DNA of 63,497 nt, counting the filler, from Reticulomyxa filosa (taxonomy: Eukaryota > Protista > Foraminifera), in NCBI GenBank assembly GCA_000512085.1. It is 22 parts of 22 records of this genome, joined end to end, with 100 filler letters (N's around TTAATTAATTAA, not from the genome) between each part and the next. Parts side by side here need not be neighbours in the genome. Positions count along the whole stretch, not along the records: positions 25,514 to 31,900 come from ASPP01008635.1; positions 32,001 to 33,482 come from ASPP01018357.1; positions 33,583 to 36,548 come from ASPP01005259.1; positions 36,649 to 38,585 come from ASPP01007787.1; 18 more parts are not named here. One strand, 5' to 3'. Both the position numbers and the translations under genes were made by a program. Numbering within the stretch: position 1 is the stretch's first letter; each line of letters starts with the position of its first letter. The notes under the pieces were generated by a model that saw nothing but the letters and a program-made list of their open reading frames with translations, was not told the origin of the DNA and ran no database searches. Positions 25,514 to 38,685 of the stretch are shown here, piece after piece.

Positions 25514-27500
25514 GTAAATAACTGAATATCCACACACGTAGTAATTGTCACTTGGACATCCCGAACACAAGAAACTGGACCCCGAGTTACATGTTGTCCC
25601 GGTATCCGCGGGACATTTGGCGCATCTTTGCGACGATTTTGTTGCTGTCAGGAAGACGTTGATGGTGTCTGTTGTGTGTATGTATATGTGTATATGTATG
25701 TGTATATGTGTGCTGTGATATATCGCATTGCATATTGGCATTGCATGTTCGCATTATTGTTGGCAAAACAAGAGCAGCTGCACCTGTCAGTACGTTGCCC
25801 AATTGTTCGGGTAAAGACCGCCAATACCAGTCACACACAACAAACAATGCATTGGACACTGCATTTTGGTTCGGAATTGTCAGCGTCGGGCATTGTCGAA
25901 ACCCACATCCCACGTATCGCGTTTGTCCTATTCAATCACATCATGTTATATGCAATGAATCGGAGAAATTGAAACAATATATACATATATACATATATAC
26001 ATGGTATATATGCATATATGTACCCCATGCCAGCTGCAAACACGCCGAGCAATCTTTTCCAGTGTCGCATACTTCAGAAATGATGTTATACTTTTGAAAC
26101 AAGGAATTTGTGTGTATGTGTTATTTATACAAAAAAAAAAAAAAAAAAGAATTGACCTCTCTCCTCTCTCTCTCACGCACACACACTAACATTTTCACAT
26201 TGGGTTTCCAATTGTTGCCAATGACACTGATAATTCCACTTTGAATTGAGGAGTAACTTGTCAGATATCCTCTATTTCCATTTATTCTTCTTAGTAATTG
26301 TTTACTCGGAAAAAAAGATAAAAAAACAACAAAACATGGTTTCTCCAACAATATTTTGCGGCGACCCTGGCGTAGTCAAAGTGGTTTTGCTGCGAAATTG
26401 ACTATTTCTGATTGTTTCATTACTTGTTTGATATATGCACTTTGCTGCATTGCTCATTGCTATATCATACTTTTGTTTGTTTGTTTGTTTGAAAGTAATT
26501 CAAAATTTACTAGTTTTTTTTTTTTTTTTTTTTTTGCACGTATTTTAAAAAAAAAAGTACGTGCATATGAAAAATGATGAGTACGTAAAAAAGAGGGTAG
26601 ATGTAACTAATGCTTCGTCCCAACGTAGCTTTTCTTGGTTTTTGGAAAAGACGCCACTCCAGCGTGTGACGGAAACGCCATCGGAAACCAGGCTTCGATA
26701 GTAATTGATAGAATTCAAAATGTTCAATTTTTGAGTGGCGTTGAGACTGGTCGGTGCGACCAACAGCTGCCTTCGCTGCGTTGATGTCGACAGTGATTCA
26801 CTCTGTTTGGCCCAATAGTAGTTGTCCCAATTGACTGTATACCATACACTTTCATTCATTAACAGCATTGTCACAAACGAAATGTCTTCTTCATTCATCG
26901 TTGTTTCCATGTCCCATTGCAAATGTGATTCTATTTTTCAATTAATTTTTTTTTTTGTTTAAGTTATATGTATACGTATTATAAATCGGAAAACAAAAGA
27001 GAAACTGTATAGTAATACGCTGGTGTAATCAGGATTCCATGATTGCACTGCAGGGGAATAAATTGACAACAAGTCATGATTATGGGGGTGATGAGTAGTG
27101 GTTGGATTAGAATCGGAATTGGAGTGGTGAGAGGGATGTTGGGATGAGAGACGATGCAAATGCAATGGAGATATTAGCAAGATGTGATACAAGTGATGCA
27201 GTATCTGCTTCTGTTCATTCAAGTCTTCCCCGCTTTTTCCGTGCAAACATATCTTCATCATTCCGATCAAAGGTCGTCCGTTTGCTTCATCAATTGCGCA
27301 GGTGGCTTTGCATCCAATCATTTTTTTTTTTTTTTTTTTTTTTACAATACATATACATATGTATTATAAATTTTTTTTTTTTTTTTTTTGGTCACTCGTG
27401 GCAACATTGCCAATAGATCTCACTCACTATTTTTACCTTTAAAAAAAAAAAAAAAAAAAAAGTATTCCTTCCATACCACTTGACATCCATAACATTGCTT
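25514..27500 (-). CDS. CAP/SCP (PR-1/antigen-5 family) secreted protein with Cys-rich tail, multi-exon, 3'-truncated
   Basis: LNATQKLNILNSINYYRSLVS..LRWDEAL; IVGE; QLAW..TRYVGCG..C..LFVVCDWY; Cys-rich CAKCP..C..CSGC. The 5' end is approximate. Confidence 0.75.
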
Positions 27501-27849
27501 TGTCGTTACATTGGGGGTCTTTGCTTTGAACCACAAGCAACACTAGATCTTTTTTTTCTTGTATCAATGCTGAGTTGATTAATTCGACTGTTTCTGGGGC
27601 CAGTCGCACTGTTTTTGTTTTTGTTGTTGTTATGTATGTTCATCATCTTCTCCCCTCCCCCCTTTTTTTTTTTGAAATGCTCAATTCTTCAATATCGAAA
27701 CTATTGCATATGGTGTTCCTATGCGTTTGCAAAGCACTTAATAGCGACATCGCACGATTGGACTGATGATTAATCTTTCAGTACAAACCATGCAATAAAA
27801 CAATTTTTTTTTTTTTGCATTTAAAATAATTGTTCTTATTATCTTTTTT

Positions 27850-28210
27850 TTTTTGTCGAAAAGTGTGTTACCATTATGTGTTGTTTCAATAAATCTACAC
27901 TCTTCTCCAGTTCTTGTAACAATTTACGATGAGTTGAATTTAATGATTTTATCGAATTATATGCCAAAAAAGTTGCTCCATGTTCTTCACTTCTTTCGAT
28001 TCCACTCCCCAAATGTACCAGAATTGACAACGCTATCGACTTTTGTGCTTTTTCATTCACCTCATTCAAAGGGGTCGATAACGGTAAGGAAACGATCTCC
28101 ACCGACTTTTGAAAAGAATCATGGTCACAATTGCTCACAACATCACTTTTTAATCCTTGACATAAGAAAAACAACCACACAAGGCGAAGAATTAAAGTAT
28201 ACATCATATA
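27850..28210 (-). pseudogene. Signal peptide plus insulinase/M16 peptidase-like N-terminal fragment lacking HxxEH
   Basis: SILVHLGSGIERSEEHGATFLAY resembles M16 LxVxxGSxxE...GxAHFLEH; downstream frames are broken. Confidence 0.35.
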
Positions 28211-30493
28211 TAAATAATAACAATGAAATTTGACAAATGGTTTTTTTAAATCATCAAACAAAAAGGTTATTGACAAAAACAGTTTTGTCAAATTTTTTTC
28301 CAAAGGAATAGCAGAAATAAAATTACTTCTTTTATTGTTGTCCTTGCATTAGAAGGCTTTAAAATTGTATTTTTGCTCCATTGCTTCAAAAAGTTTCTGT
28401 CAAACAAACAGAAGCAAGTGTTATTTTCTCACGCTTTGTTGTTCTCTTTAATTTTCTAGTTTCGTATTTATATAGTGTTAGATACATAAAATAATAAAAC
28501 CAATGATTAAGTATTCAAAAAGGCATTACAAAAAAAGTCGAAAATAAAGAATACATTTGTGATCAATATCAAATATTTTGAATAAGTGCTTCATTACAAC
28601 AAATATACATTTGTGTTAATTGTATGTGTGTATAACTAAAATAATATATGTATTATATTAAAATGTTCTTATTAAATTTTATGATTAAAGTAAATAATAT
28701 AACACTTTAATTTCTCTTTTTTCTTTTGTTCAATAGAATGCGAAGTAAAGTTGGCATAAAACGGCACCTTATATATATAATTAATTTTCTTCATGAAAAA
28801 ACAACATTCAGACCTAATTTTTAAATCTGCAAATCGTGTAGTTTTTAAATATCATTTTGGATTTAGTTTTTTATTAAATGTTTACTAATTATTTCAATAT
28901 TCATGCGGCATATATCCAAATTTTTACTCGTTTTACGATGCTACAAAATGCACATTAAACTTATGTATATATAATAGCATTGTCAAAATAATATTGAATC
29001 AACATGTAATTACAGTATTGAAAAAGATAATTATATGAACATTGCTATTTCATGAATTGAACATCTCGTATGTATATCAAGTATTATAGTTGACGTCGCA
29101 TAAGAAAATGACTTCATGTAATACTTCAAAGACAATATTTGTGTCAAGTGACAAATCTTTGATCAAAATACAATTTTTTGTACAAATAAATACAATAACA
29201 GCTATAAACATTTCAGTCTTTATTCCCACTTTCTTTCGTATTACTTTTTTAAAACTACACAATTGTCGACAACTTGGCAACAATCACTTTTCCAATGTCT
29301 TTTTCGTTATTTGTACTTTGCTTTCGATCTATATCTTACAAATAATAGTATTAAATATAATGTGTTCACTTTGACTTTATTCTTTTTTTTTAGCATATAC
29401 TCATAATACCTTTTTTTTTGTCAATATTTTTTTAAAAACACAACTTACTTTTTGAAAAACGAATTTATGTAGTCTGACTTGAAAAACAATCTACTAGTTA
29501 TATCCATTTTATAGTAAAATTTATCGATGTTGTCTCGTTTTGATTTAAGTCTTGATCGTATTACATACAAACATTCTTATACAGTCTATATTTGATTCAA
29601 TATTGACACTATAATTTTCCAATATACTAACTTTCGACTCAAAATTTAGTTGTCGATCATTGACGTTGTCTTGCTACGCTTCTTTTCAAACATATACTTT
29701 TTCGTTTTCCAGCTATTTTTACATTTAAAGCGAGCATTTTGTTTTATTATGATGTCAAGTTTTTTTCTCACTTGAAAGAATTTTTTCAATTTCAACAAAA
29801 AAATCGAAAATGTAGACTGCCCTCAAAAATTTCTTTTTTTTTTTGATTACGCACATATCATATTTCAATCCACAAAAAATAAACGAACAATAAAACTATA
29901 AAAAACTAACATTATCTAATACAGAGTTGCTTTTTCAAATATAATTATGTTTGTTGAACAACAAGTTTATGCATAGTGATTGTTCAATTTGAAAACGTTT
30001 GATCAATGAAATATGAAGCATAATATTTTTTGAAAACCTGAAAGGATTAAATAAGACACGCTCAATTGAACAAAAATCAATTGAAAAAAGAAAGAATAAA
30101 ACTATTCCAAATGTTGTTCTCTTATTTCTTTTTCTAGAGTGCAAAAACTTTAAATAGATCGCTGCTTGCATGTTCTTAATAGATAAAATCTTACATTAGG
30201 AATAGATTTAGTTTCTCGCAAGCCCTTGAAAAAAAAAAGGTTTAATATCAAAGATGAGTTTTAAAAAAAAAAGACTCTCTTCACTCACAAACGTCAGTGA
30301 TCAAAGTTTCAGTGGTAAGTAGAGCATTATGACAAATATATGGACCCAAATTGCATTAAATACGTGATTGATGTAAGACAAGGAAAGGGGGGAGGGGAAA
30401 AAAGCCACATGTAATACCAAGAACGAAAACTAAGCAAACCAAAAACAAAAAAACTTGTGACATTGGAGAAAAGGGCGGATAAGATATGAATCG

Positions 30494-31855
30494 ATGGAAA
30501 CAGTGGTGAACAAAAGTGAGAGAGAGCCTCGACGTCCAATAAAACAGGATTCAAGAGTTTGCAGTAAAAGATGTGTGTGGACGATCTTTGCAGTTATGCT
30601 TTTGCTAATATCGGGAGTGTTTATCGGTCAAATATTTATCGTGCCGAAATTATTGGACCAAAGTTTCGAGCAAAATATCAAAAGCATAACAGTGATGACA
30701 CAAGACAAGCAAGATCGAAATGACAATGCATTTCAACATTGGCAACGGACAACCTTTGATGTTTGTGTTTTGATTAACAAAGCAAATCAAATAAATTGAA
30801 GTCATGCGTACATGACTTACATATAAATATATATGTATATGTACATATATACGTATACAGATGCATATTCATATATGTACATATATATATATATATATGT
30901 ATATATGTATATATGTATGTATATATGTATATATGTATGTGTACATATATATATGTGTATGTAATTACAAACATAGGACAGCGGTATTCAAATGTTTAAT
31001 TTTTATATTTTCAATATAACCAATCCGCAAGAAGTGCTGAATGGAGGGACCCCAAAGTTGGTCGAGCATGGCCCTTATGTGTACCGACGGTTTGAGTATA
31101 AGAACGACATTCAGTTTTTCAACGACTCGTGCAAAGTGAGTTACCGCTATGATTACACATTTGAGTTCCAACCGCAGCTGACGACGTGTTGTCGTCTGAA
31201 CGACACCGTGGTCGTGCTGAACCCTTCGCGGCTCTCTTTCCTGCAGTTCATTCGGCAAAACTGTTCGTCAAAGTACATGCCATTCGTCAAGGCCATGGAC
31301 GGAATGACACTTTTTCACGTTGTCCCTGCCCAAAAGCTGATTGAAGGAGTGTACGATGCTGATCTCTCGCGTCTGACAAAAATGGTACAATTTTGAGTTT
31401 TGGGCAACTGGCTCTTGTTTTTTTTTTTTTAAGTGTGCTAACAAGTGTGACCTTTCTATATAATACATATATGTATATATATATATATATTTATATGTAT
31501 ATGTTTATTTATTCATTTATTTATTAAAAGCCAACGAATTATTCCTTACTAAAAAGTGGCTCCGTAGATGTGATTGAAGAGACGGGCAAATGTGATGAAA
31601 ATAACTTGCGCCTGTTGCGCTTGTATTGGAACACTTCGGATATCACATACTGGACGCCGTATGAGTCGGTGTATCCATCGAGAGAAAGCAGAAATTGGCC
31701 CTGGAACTACCTGGCCAAGCATCACACCTTAACCGTGTGGCACACTGCTTTTACTCGAAAAGTCAATTACACTTTTCGAAATACTGTGCAAAAAGATGGA
31801 TTGAAAATGTGGAGATTTGAGCGTTATTATACAAAAATATATGTGTATATATGCT

Positions 31856-31890
<35 letters not shown>

Positions 31891-31900
31891 AAAAATTTTT
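30494..31900 (+). CDS. CD36 / LIMP-2 (class B scavenger receptor) family protein, multi-exon, 3'-truncated
   Basis: N-terminal TM helix; FQHW; [29 protein letters not shown] signature; later TVW...RKV.Y......DGLKMWRF. Confidence 0.87.
30820..30962. repeat. Intronic (TA)/(TATG) microsatellite
   Basis: Direct inspection; similar tracts at 25675-25710, 31460-31505, 36487-36548 and (CA)n at 48779-48805. Confidence 0.9.
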
Positions 31901-32029
31901 NNNNNNNNNNNNNNNNNNNNNNNNNNNNNNNNNNNNNNNNNNNNTTAATTAATTAANNNNNNNNNNNNNNNNNNNNNNNNNNNNNNNNNNNNNNNNNNNN
32001 TTTTTTTATTTTAAAAATAAATAATAATA

Positions 32030-32357
32030 AAAACTCTTGGTTTTTTAGATTTCAAAAAATATGGCAAGATGGGATAATTGACAACGGGGAAGTTATAGTC
32101 GTTGAAGGAATCTTGGAAACTGTTTGGTGATGGCATTGTCCAATGGTAAGCGCTGGGATCGCTCTGATTTGTAACGTGGTCGTACAGGTATGGGATTTTA
32201 CCTCTTTGCAAGAACCAATTATTGACTTTTTCCGATGTGTCATTGGGATGCTTTGGAAACAGTCTCTTTTCGTCATACAGCAACTTCACTAATTCTGGCT
32301 CAACTTGTGGACGTAACGTTGGCGCCGTGCTATTTCCTACTACATTTGTGTTATTTA

Positions 32358-32390
<33 letters not shown>

Positions 32391-32827
32391 ATATCATCGA
32401 TGCGTTTGTCTCTCCTTGCGACCCATTACTATTTGTCTTTGTCATTATTGTCTTTTTGAAATATTTCATCCCGAAATTTGTTACATTACGGTAGCCAAGT
32501 GACGTCCCTGGTTGATAGTGTTACCATTTTTTTATTATCATATATTATTACTGTTAATGTTATTATGCTGTCACTTTTTTCTCCTTACCCTCTTTTCTTT
32601 CCAAAAAAAAAAAATTTTATTTAATGTTACAAAACACAAGGATTACCAGATTTTGTGCCTTCATGGGATACACTTGTATCAAGACTATTTATTTCTGTTG
32701 CTGGCTTTATCTCTGGAAGTAGTAGTAATTGTGTCTGCGTAAAATGAAACATATTGGAAAACAAAATTCCATATATAAAAGGGACTAGTAACAAGACTGT
32801 CCCCGCCAAACGTTTGCCAACCATCAT
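32030..32827 (-). CDS. Hypothetical type II membrane protein (N-terminal TM anchor, polyAla stem), truncated
   Basis: MMVGKRLAGTVLLLVPFIYGILF then a hydrophilic stem with (GCA)n polyA; glycosyltransferase-like topology only. Confidence 0.45.
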
Positions 32828-34032
32828 TTTCCCCCGTTTGCTTTGGTCGGATAGAAATAACTACAAGACTTTTTTACAAAGTCTTGTCCCTTTTTGGTCT
32901 GTGATATTGTGGACCTTTTTTGCGGCACTAGCTTTTAGCAAACAAAAAAAAGAACCATAATTTGCTGAGGTAAAAGAGGAAAAAAAAAGTAGCACTATGT
33001 TACTGAAAGGGTGGATAGCTTACCGATGTTGAAAATTAATGCACACTTTTTCCGAATGGGGGCTTGCGTTTGACAAAGTTGCTTTCAGTCACACAACAGA
33101 AAAGAGTAATGTAGTTTGAACGTTAAAAAAAAGGATAAAAAAATGGTTTTGCTTTATTCGTGGTCCGGAAAACTTTTGCCACACAATTCGTTTTTTTTTT
33201 TTGAAAAAAAAAACAACATACAAAGAAAGTTTAAAAGAAGAGCCACACACATGCATTTAAAAATAATTCCAAACAAAGCGATTTTTCCCAAAATAACAGT
33301 CCAAAAAAAAAAAATGCTTAAAAAAAAAACAAAAAAAACAAAACAGAATAATGATAATAATACAAAGAGGAGATAGATAAGCTACATTTGGAAGTTTATT
33401 CGGGTTTTTTTTTTTGCGACAACAGTTCAGACATACTTCTATCAGTCCAAACGCAGCAGTGCTGATTACTTCAGCAGCTTTTNNNNNNNNNNNNNNNNNN
33501 NNNNNNNNNNNNNNNNNNNNNNNNNNTTAATTAATTAANNNNNNNNNNNNNNNNNNNNNNNNNNNNNNNNNNNNNNNNNNNNTAATCACACTTTTTAAAA
33601 ACAAAAACTAACATTATTATTCTAAATAAAAACACTGTATTTTTTGTTATTGTCGACTAGTCTTTTGTTAAAATTAAAGTGTTTACTTTGAAGAAAATGC
33701 TACAAAAAAAAATTAAAAGCAAAGCAAAAAAATCCGTTTAGTATTGCACAACAACGACTCTATCGTTTTGACAATGCAGATTTAACCTAATCAGCTTGAA
33801 TTTTTTGTGTCAGTAGTCACATTAACGTTTCGTTTAGAAGTAGTTATTTTGGATACGATTAAACATTGTATAATAGAATAGATGAGCATAGCAAACCTTG
33901 AAAGACCACAATACTCATCACGGGACTCACACAAAACAACAAAAATATTGCGAAGTGTCAAGAGTTGGTATGGTGATGGTAATGAAGAATAAATAATTTC
34001 TTTAAAAAAAAGTTTTAGAAAGAAGGAGGTTA

Positions 34033-35027
34033 TCAAACGTCTGTAGCTGTTGCAGTTTTTAAATTACGTTTGCGAGATTTAGTTTTGGTTGGTTTTTCAT
34101 AATCCATTAGTTCCTTTCGGATATTACCTGGCATTTTTTCGATAGCATACCTTAACCCTTCCCGACTGAATTTGGCATAATTTTCTTTGATGAACGCAAC
34201 AACGCGGTTGCGGTCAACCAAACTCAGTTCTCTAAGCACCCAGCCAACACCTAACTGTACAAATCGTTCGTTATTGTTAATGCATTCGCTCGCGATTTCC
34301 ATTATCACATCGTTATACCTTTTTGCCATTTTAAGCCAAATAAAAAAGAAAAACATAATATATCTGTACTCAAAACTTTTTTTTTTTGGAGTGTCAAAAA
34401 AACAGAGCCCTTAACTCGCCATGTTTGGCAATGCAAACAAAAGAGACACAAGAAGCTCTTTGAACCCAGATGTGACGATCTTCACTCTTCCATGCTTTAA
34501 TGGTCGAAGCACACTCTTTTCCATGCCTTTTGATAAGTAGTCGCAGCACTTTGCTTATCCCGTCGCAAGTCGCCCATGTGGCGCAGTTTTCAGTCAACAC
34601 CGCTTTTAAGTCTGTTGAAATCAGCTTCCAATCGTCGCTGTGTCCGTTGGTCTTTTCCAATAGCAACATTCCAATGTGTTGGCTTTCCATGTACGGATCA
34701 CGCAGACAACAGATCGCCAGCTCATACTGCGTCGGATAATCCAAGTCCTTCCACTCTTCTTTCCAATATTCGCTAAACAACGACTTTATCTTGGGTGCTT
34801 TTAATCCATGGCATTCCACCTTGTTTTTCAAATCTTTTTGGTAGATGAACATATGTGTACATACACATGCAGAACAACTGTTGTTTTGAATTGTGGACAG
34901 ATTTTTATTGTTTCGGGAACAAACATTTTTTTTGTTGGGCTGCTGTAGTTCCATTTCCTTCTTTCTTCAATCGGACCGTCAAATTCTTACACAATTTAGA
35001 TACAACCCCTTTGACTGAAGTTGCCAT
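34033..35027 (-). CDS. AlkD-like DNA alkylation repair glycosylase (HEAT-like repeat), 3 exons
   Basis: HGLKAP, TWATCDG, WKSE..IWVQRAS, ERFVQLGVGWVLRELS, FSREGLRYAIEKM; ATG at 35027 (MATSVKGV...). Confidence 0.85.
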
Positions 35028-35783
35028 ACTCGTTACAGATTACAAAAAAATAGATAATATTAGAAAGAAAAAAATTCTTGCTTCTGAGCTTTGAAAAAAA
35101 CGAGGGACTAGCTTCTGAAAAAAAAAACAAAAACTTATCGTAAAAAAAAGCCGTTCCCTACAATTAACTTTTATAAATAATAAGATTTTCAATAAAATCA
35201 ACAGTTTAATAAACATTATTTTCGTCGAAAAATGTCCATATTTATATAGTTAATTTTAAGTTTTTTTAAAGAGCCAATTGTGCAAAAAAACGAGAAGCAG
35301 TTTAATACTTTAACTACCATTTTCTGTCTCTTATGTTGATTTAGTCTTTTTTCTTGCATGATCACTTGCAGTGACTGCTTGTCGAATGATTGTCCAGATA
35401 CAATTTGCCGTATTTTTCAATTTTTGCAAGTAGAAAAAATGAAATTTAATCGCTCGATGTTGAACCTTTTTGGGAAAGACATTAAAGAAAAAAATGTAAG
35501 TTGCGGCAATTAAATGATCTTTTTTTTAAATAAAAAACTTTGTAAATCAAAGCTATAAACAACAGACTCCAAATAACTGGCTAATTTTACGTGTAATATG
35601 AATTTAAACAAAATAATAACTTTTCATTTTTTTGCACTTGGCAGACACTTTAAGCAACCATACTTCATAAGTCTGCAAATGTCTCAATTTTGCATGTGTA
35701 AATGTAGTAACTTATTTATCAGTATTACTGTGACAAAAAAGTTTGAAAAAAGGATTCGGTTGATTCCGGAGAAATCCAGCAGG

Positions 35784-36399
35784 ATGACAGCAAATGGAGG
35801 GTCCCCTCTAGTTGTGGATGATAACTCAGCCACCGGAATAGAAACAAATCGAACGAATAGTACACAAGAGATAGACAAAAGTGATAAAAATGGCAACGAT
35901 ACACAGGCCTCGCTGACGAAAGAGCAACAGCAAGTGAGGCTATGTTATGAATCTTTGAGCATACCTTTTCTTCAAAAAAAAAAAGATTATTTTTAGGGAA
36001 AACAAGAGTTGAAGAGCGAAGATATGAATTGATGATTAGATAGAGAAATTGGAAATGGCAAAAGAGCACCTCGAAGAAGAGTTGAAAACAGAGCGAATGA
36101 ATGCGAAGCAAGGATTGGAAGAGAGCCAACGAGCAATCAATTCATTGAAAGCACGAGTGCGAGAGTTGGAAAGATCATTGAATCAAGAGCGTTCGAGAAC
36201 AGAGGAAATGGACAAAGACCGAAGAGAATCGATATCAGCATTGCATTCGAACATGTTCAAGCAATTGTTGGACGCAACAGCAGAACACGAAAGAGAAAAA
36301 AATGACTTGGTCCAACAAATCCGAGATTTGAAGTCCCACATTTACGAGTTGGAATTGCAACTGCCCCCAATCAAGTCACCCACCAATTTAGAAGTTTAA
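35784..36399 (+). CDS. Small coiled-coil protein, 2 exons (about 35784-35933, 36040-36399)
   Basis: E/K/R/L heptad-rich ORF; GT..AG intron. Confidence 0.65.
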
Positions 36400-36682
36400 C
36401 CTGAATTCAAACAAAAACCATTGTTTCACAAAGGGGGTTAGGAAGAAGGAGTGAAAACAAATAAAACATAACAAATCAAATGTGGTATATATATATATAA
36501 ATTGTGTATATTGCACATATGCATATACATATATATATATATATATATNNNNNNNNNNNNNNNNNNNNNNNNNNNNNNNNNNNNNNNNNNNNTTAATTAA
36601 TTAANNNNNNNNNNNNNNNNNNNNNNNNNNNNNNNNNNNNNNNNNNNNAAAAAAAAAAAAAAAAAAAAAAAAGTTCACTAAC

Positions 36683-37927
36683 TCACATACATACCCAAGC
36701 AGCATCCACATCACTAATGTCAGCGGGATTGGCCAGATATCGATTGATTTCGGTCAAGATTTCGGTCGCTTCGGCGGACGTAGGCGAGGGCAAGTCCGTG
36801 AGGTCGCACGACTTGTCGGTGGTGCCGACGAGGGTGATGTTTTCCCAAGGGAGCATGAAGGCGACGCGTCCGTCAGTGGTCTTGGGGATCAAGAGTCCAA
36901 AGTGATTGTGTGCAAAGGTGCCAGGTAGCACCAGATGTGTGCCTTGAGAAGGGATGATCAAAGGGGGTACGTAAGGGGAGTCGAGTTGACGAACGGCATC
37001 GACAAAGGGTCCGGTGGCGTTGACGACGACTTTGGCAAAGGTGTTCCATTCGATGCCATTTAACGTATCCCGTAATCGAGCGCCAATGATCTTGTCTTTG
37101 TGATCTCGAATTAAGTCGACCAGTTCCACATGATTGGCCACAATGGCACCATAATACGCGGCTGTCATGGCAATGAGTAGGTTCATTCTCGAGTCATTAT
37201 GTTGTCCATCAAAGTATACAATGCTGCCCAACAGCTGCTGCTGGCGCAATTGCGGGAACATGTTTCTGGTGTGTGGCGCTGACAGGTAATAACTGGGACA
37301 TAACAAACCATCGATGCCTGCCAACGAGTCGTACAACCAACATCCGATGTAATATTTCACCAGGTTGAAATATCCTCGGAACATGTTCGAATCATACACT
37401 GGGATTATTATTGGAATTGGGTGCGACAAATGCGGTGAAATGTGAATCAAATGCGCTCTTTCTGCTATTGCTTCCTGCACCAGACTCCATTGCCCTAAAT
37501 CACCTGTCATTATTGCCTTTTCCAAATAACGCACTCCTCCGTGAATCAACTTCGTCGAACGACTTGACGTCCCTGATGAAAAGTCGGACTTGTCAATTAG
37601 TGCGACTTTTAGACCTCGCGTTATTCCGTCCAGTGCTACGCCTACACCTGTTGCCCCTCCTCCCACTATCAACAGGTCCAATTCTTCTCCTACGCTCCCG
37701 TAACTACGCAGTGCCTTCACTTGCGAGGCTCGACTCGGGATCTTACTTATGTCCGTACCCTTCTTCGACTCGTCTTTCCAGTGCAAATATACTGCTGAAT
37801 TCCTTTCCACAAAGTATTTTCGGTTTGCCCACAACTTAAAACTCAGCAACATCCCCCCTGTACCACAGGCGGTTATTAACGCACGCCTATGCCACCCTGC
37901 AGTCCATTTTCTCAACTTGGCCTGCAT
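36683..37927 (-). CDS. GPD2: Mitochondrial FAD-dependent glycerol-3-phosphate dehydrogenase (GPD2/GUT2/GlpD family), first exon, 3'-truncated
   Basis: DLLIVGGGATGVG, DFSSGTSSRSTKLIHGGVRYLE, YFDGQHNDSR, VVNATGPFVD, LVGTTD; N-terminal targeting peptide. Confidence 0.95.
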   Translation of the reverse strand: MQAKLRKWTAGWHRRALITACGTGGMLLSFKLWANRKYFVERNSAVYLHWKDESKKGTDISKIPSRASQVKALRSYGSVGEELDLLIVGGGATGVGVALDGITRGLKVALIDKSDFSSGTSSRSTKLIHGGVRYLEKAIMTGDLGQWSLVQEAIAERAHLIHISPHLSHPIPIIIPVYDSNMFRGYFNLVKYYIGCWLYDSLAGIDGLLCPSYYLSAPHTRNMFPQLRQQQLLGSIVYFDGQHNDSRMNLLIAMTAAYYGAIVANHVELVDLIRDHKDKIIGARLRDTLNGIEWNTFAKVVVNATGPFVDAVRQLDSPYVPPLIIPSQGTHLVLPGTFAHNHFGLLIPKTTDGRVAFMLPWENITLVGTTDKSCDLTDLPSPTSAEATEILTEINRYLANPADISDVDAAWVCM

Positions 37928-38456
37928 ATCTAACCCCTTTTATTGCTAATTAATGCACTTTGAGGGTCGTGTTTTCGGTTCATATGTCAAAAAGGATCGG
38001 TCTTTTTTTTTCCCTCTACACTGAGTACTACTTTTGTCGTTTCGTGGACTCACAACTTTTTCCTTTTTTGGATCAAGGTATTCCTTTTGCGTTGTCGCAC
38101 TTTGTCATTCCACTGATACGTAAAAAGAAGGAAGACCCTATTTGTTTAACAATTTTCTAATTAATTATCCATTTGATTGTAAAGCGACACAAAAGATTTC
38201 AATATTTTGTCATAAGGTACTGTTTTTTATTTTTTTATGTTCAACACCAGTCAAAAAGATGTTTACAGTTTGGATAATGTCAGCCGATACAAATATAAAT
38301 ACCAACTATAAAACAACTTGAGCATAGCTTTTTACAGTATATGCAATACTATATTAAGTTCTTCCATTTCTTTTCACAAAGAAAGATAATTATATCTTTA
38401 TCGGTTGTTTTCTTTTGACCTTTTAAATGAAAAATCCATAAAGAATTTCAATTATA

Positions 38457-38585
38457 CAGTAGGTTGCAAAGAAAACTGAACGCCTAAAACATATCTTATG
38501 ATGATAATTGATTTTCTAAATGAAAAATCAACATTTAGACATAATTTTTTTTTTTTAAATATCTACAAGTCTTGTAGTTTTTAAA
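38457..38585 (+). mobile_element. Tc1/mariner-like element end (TA|CAGT... terminal repeat)
   Basis: TA followed by CAGTAGGTTGCAAAGAAAACTGAACGCCTAAAAC; near-identical to 44686-44739 with unrelated upstream flanks. Confidence 0.7.
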
Positions 38586-38685
38586 NNNNNNNNNNNNNNN
38601 NNNNNNNNNNNNNNNNNNNNNNNNNNNNNTTAATTAATTAANNNNNNNNNNNNNNNNNNNNNNNNNNNNNNNNNNNNNNNNNNNN

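Noticed and set aside
30774-30999. Tyr/Ile/His repeat ORFs
   Set aside because: Translations of an intronic TA microsatellite.
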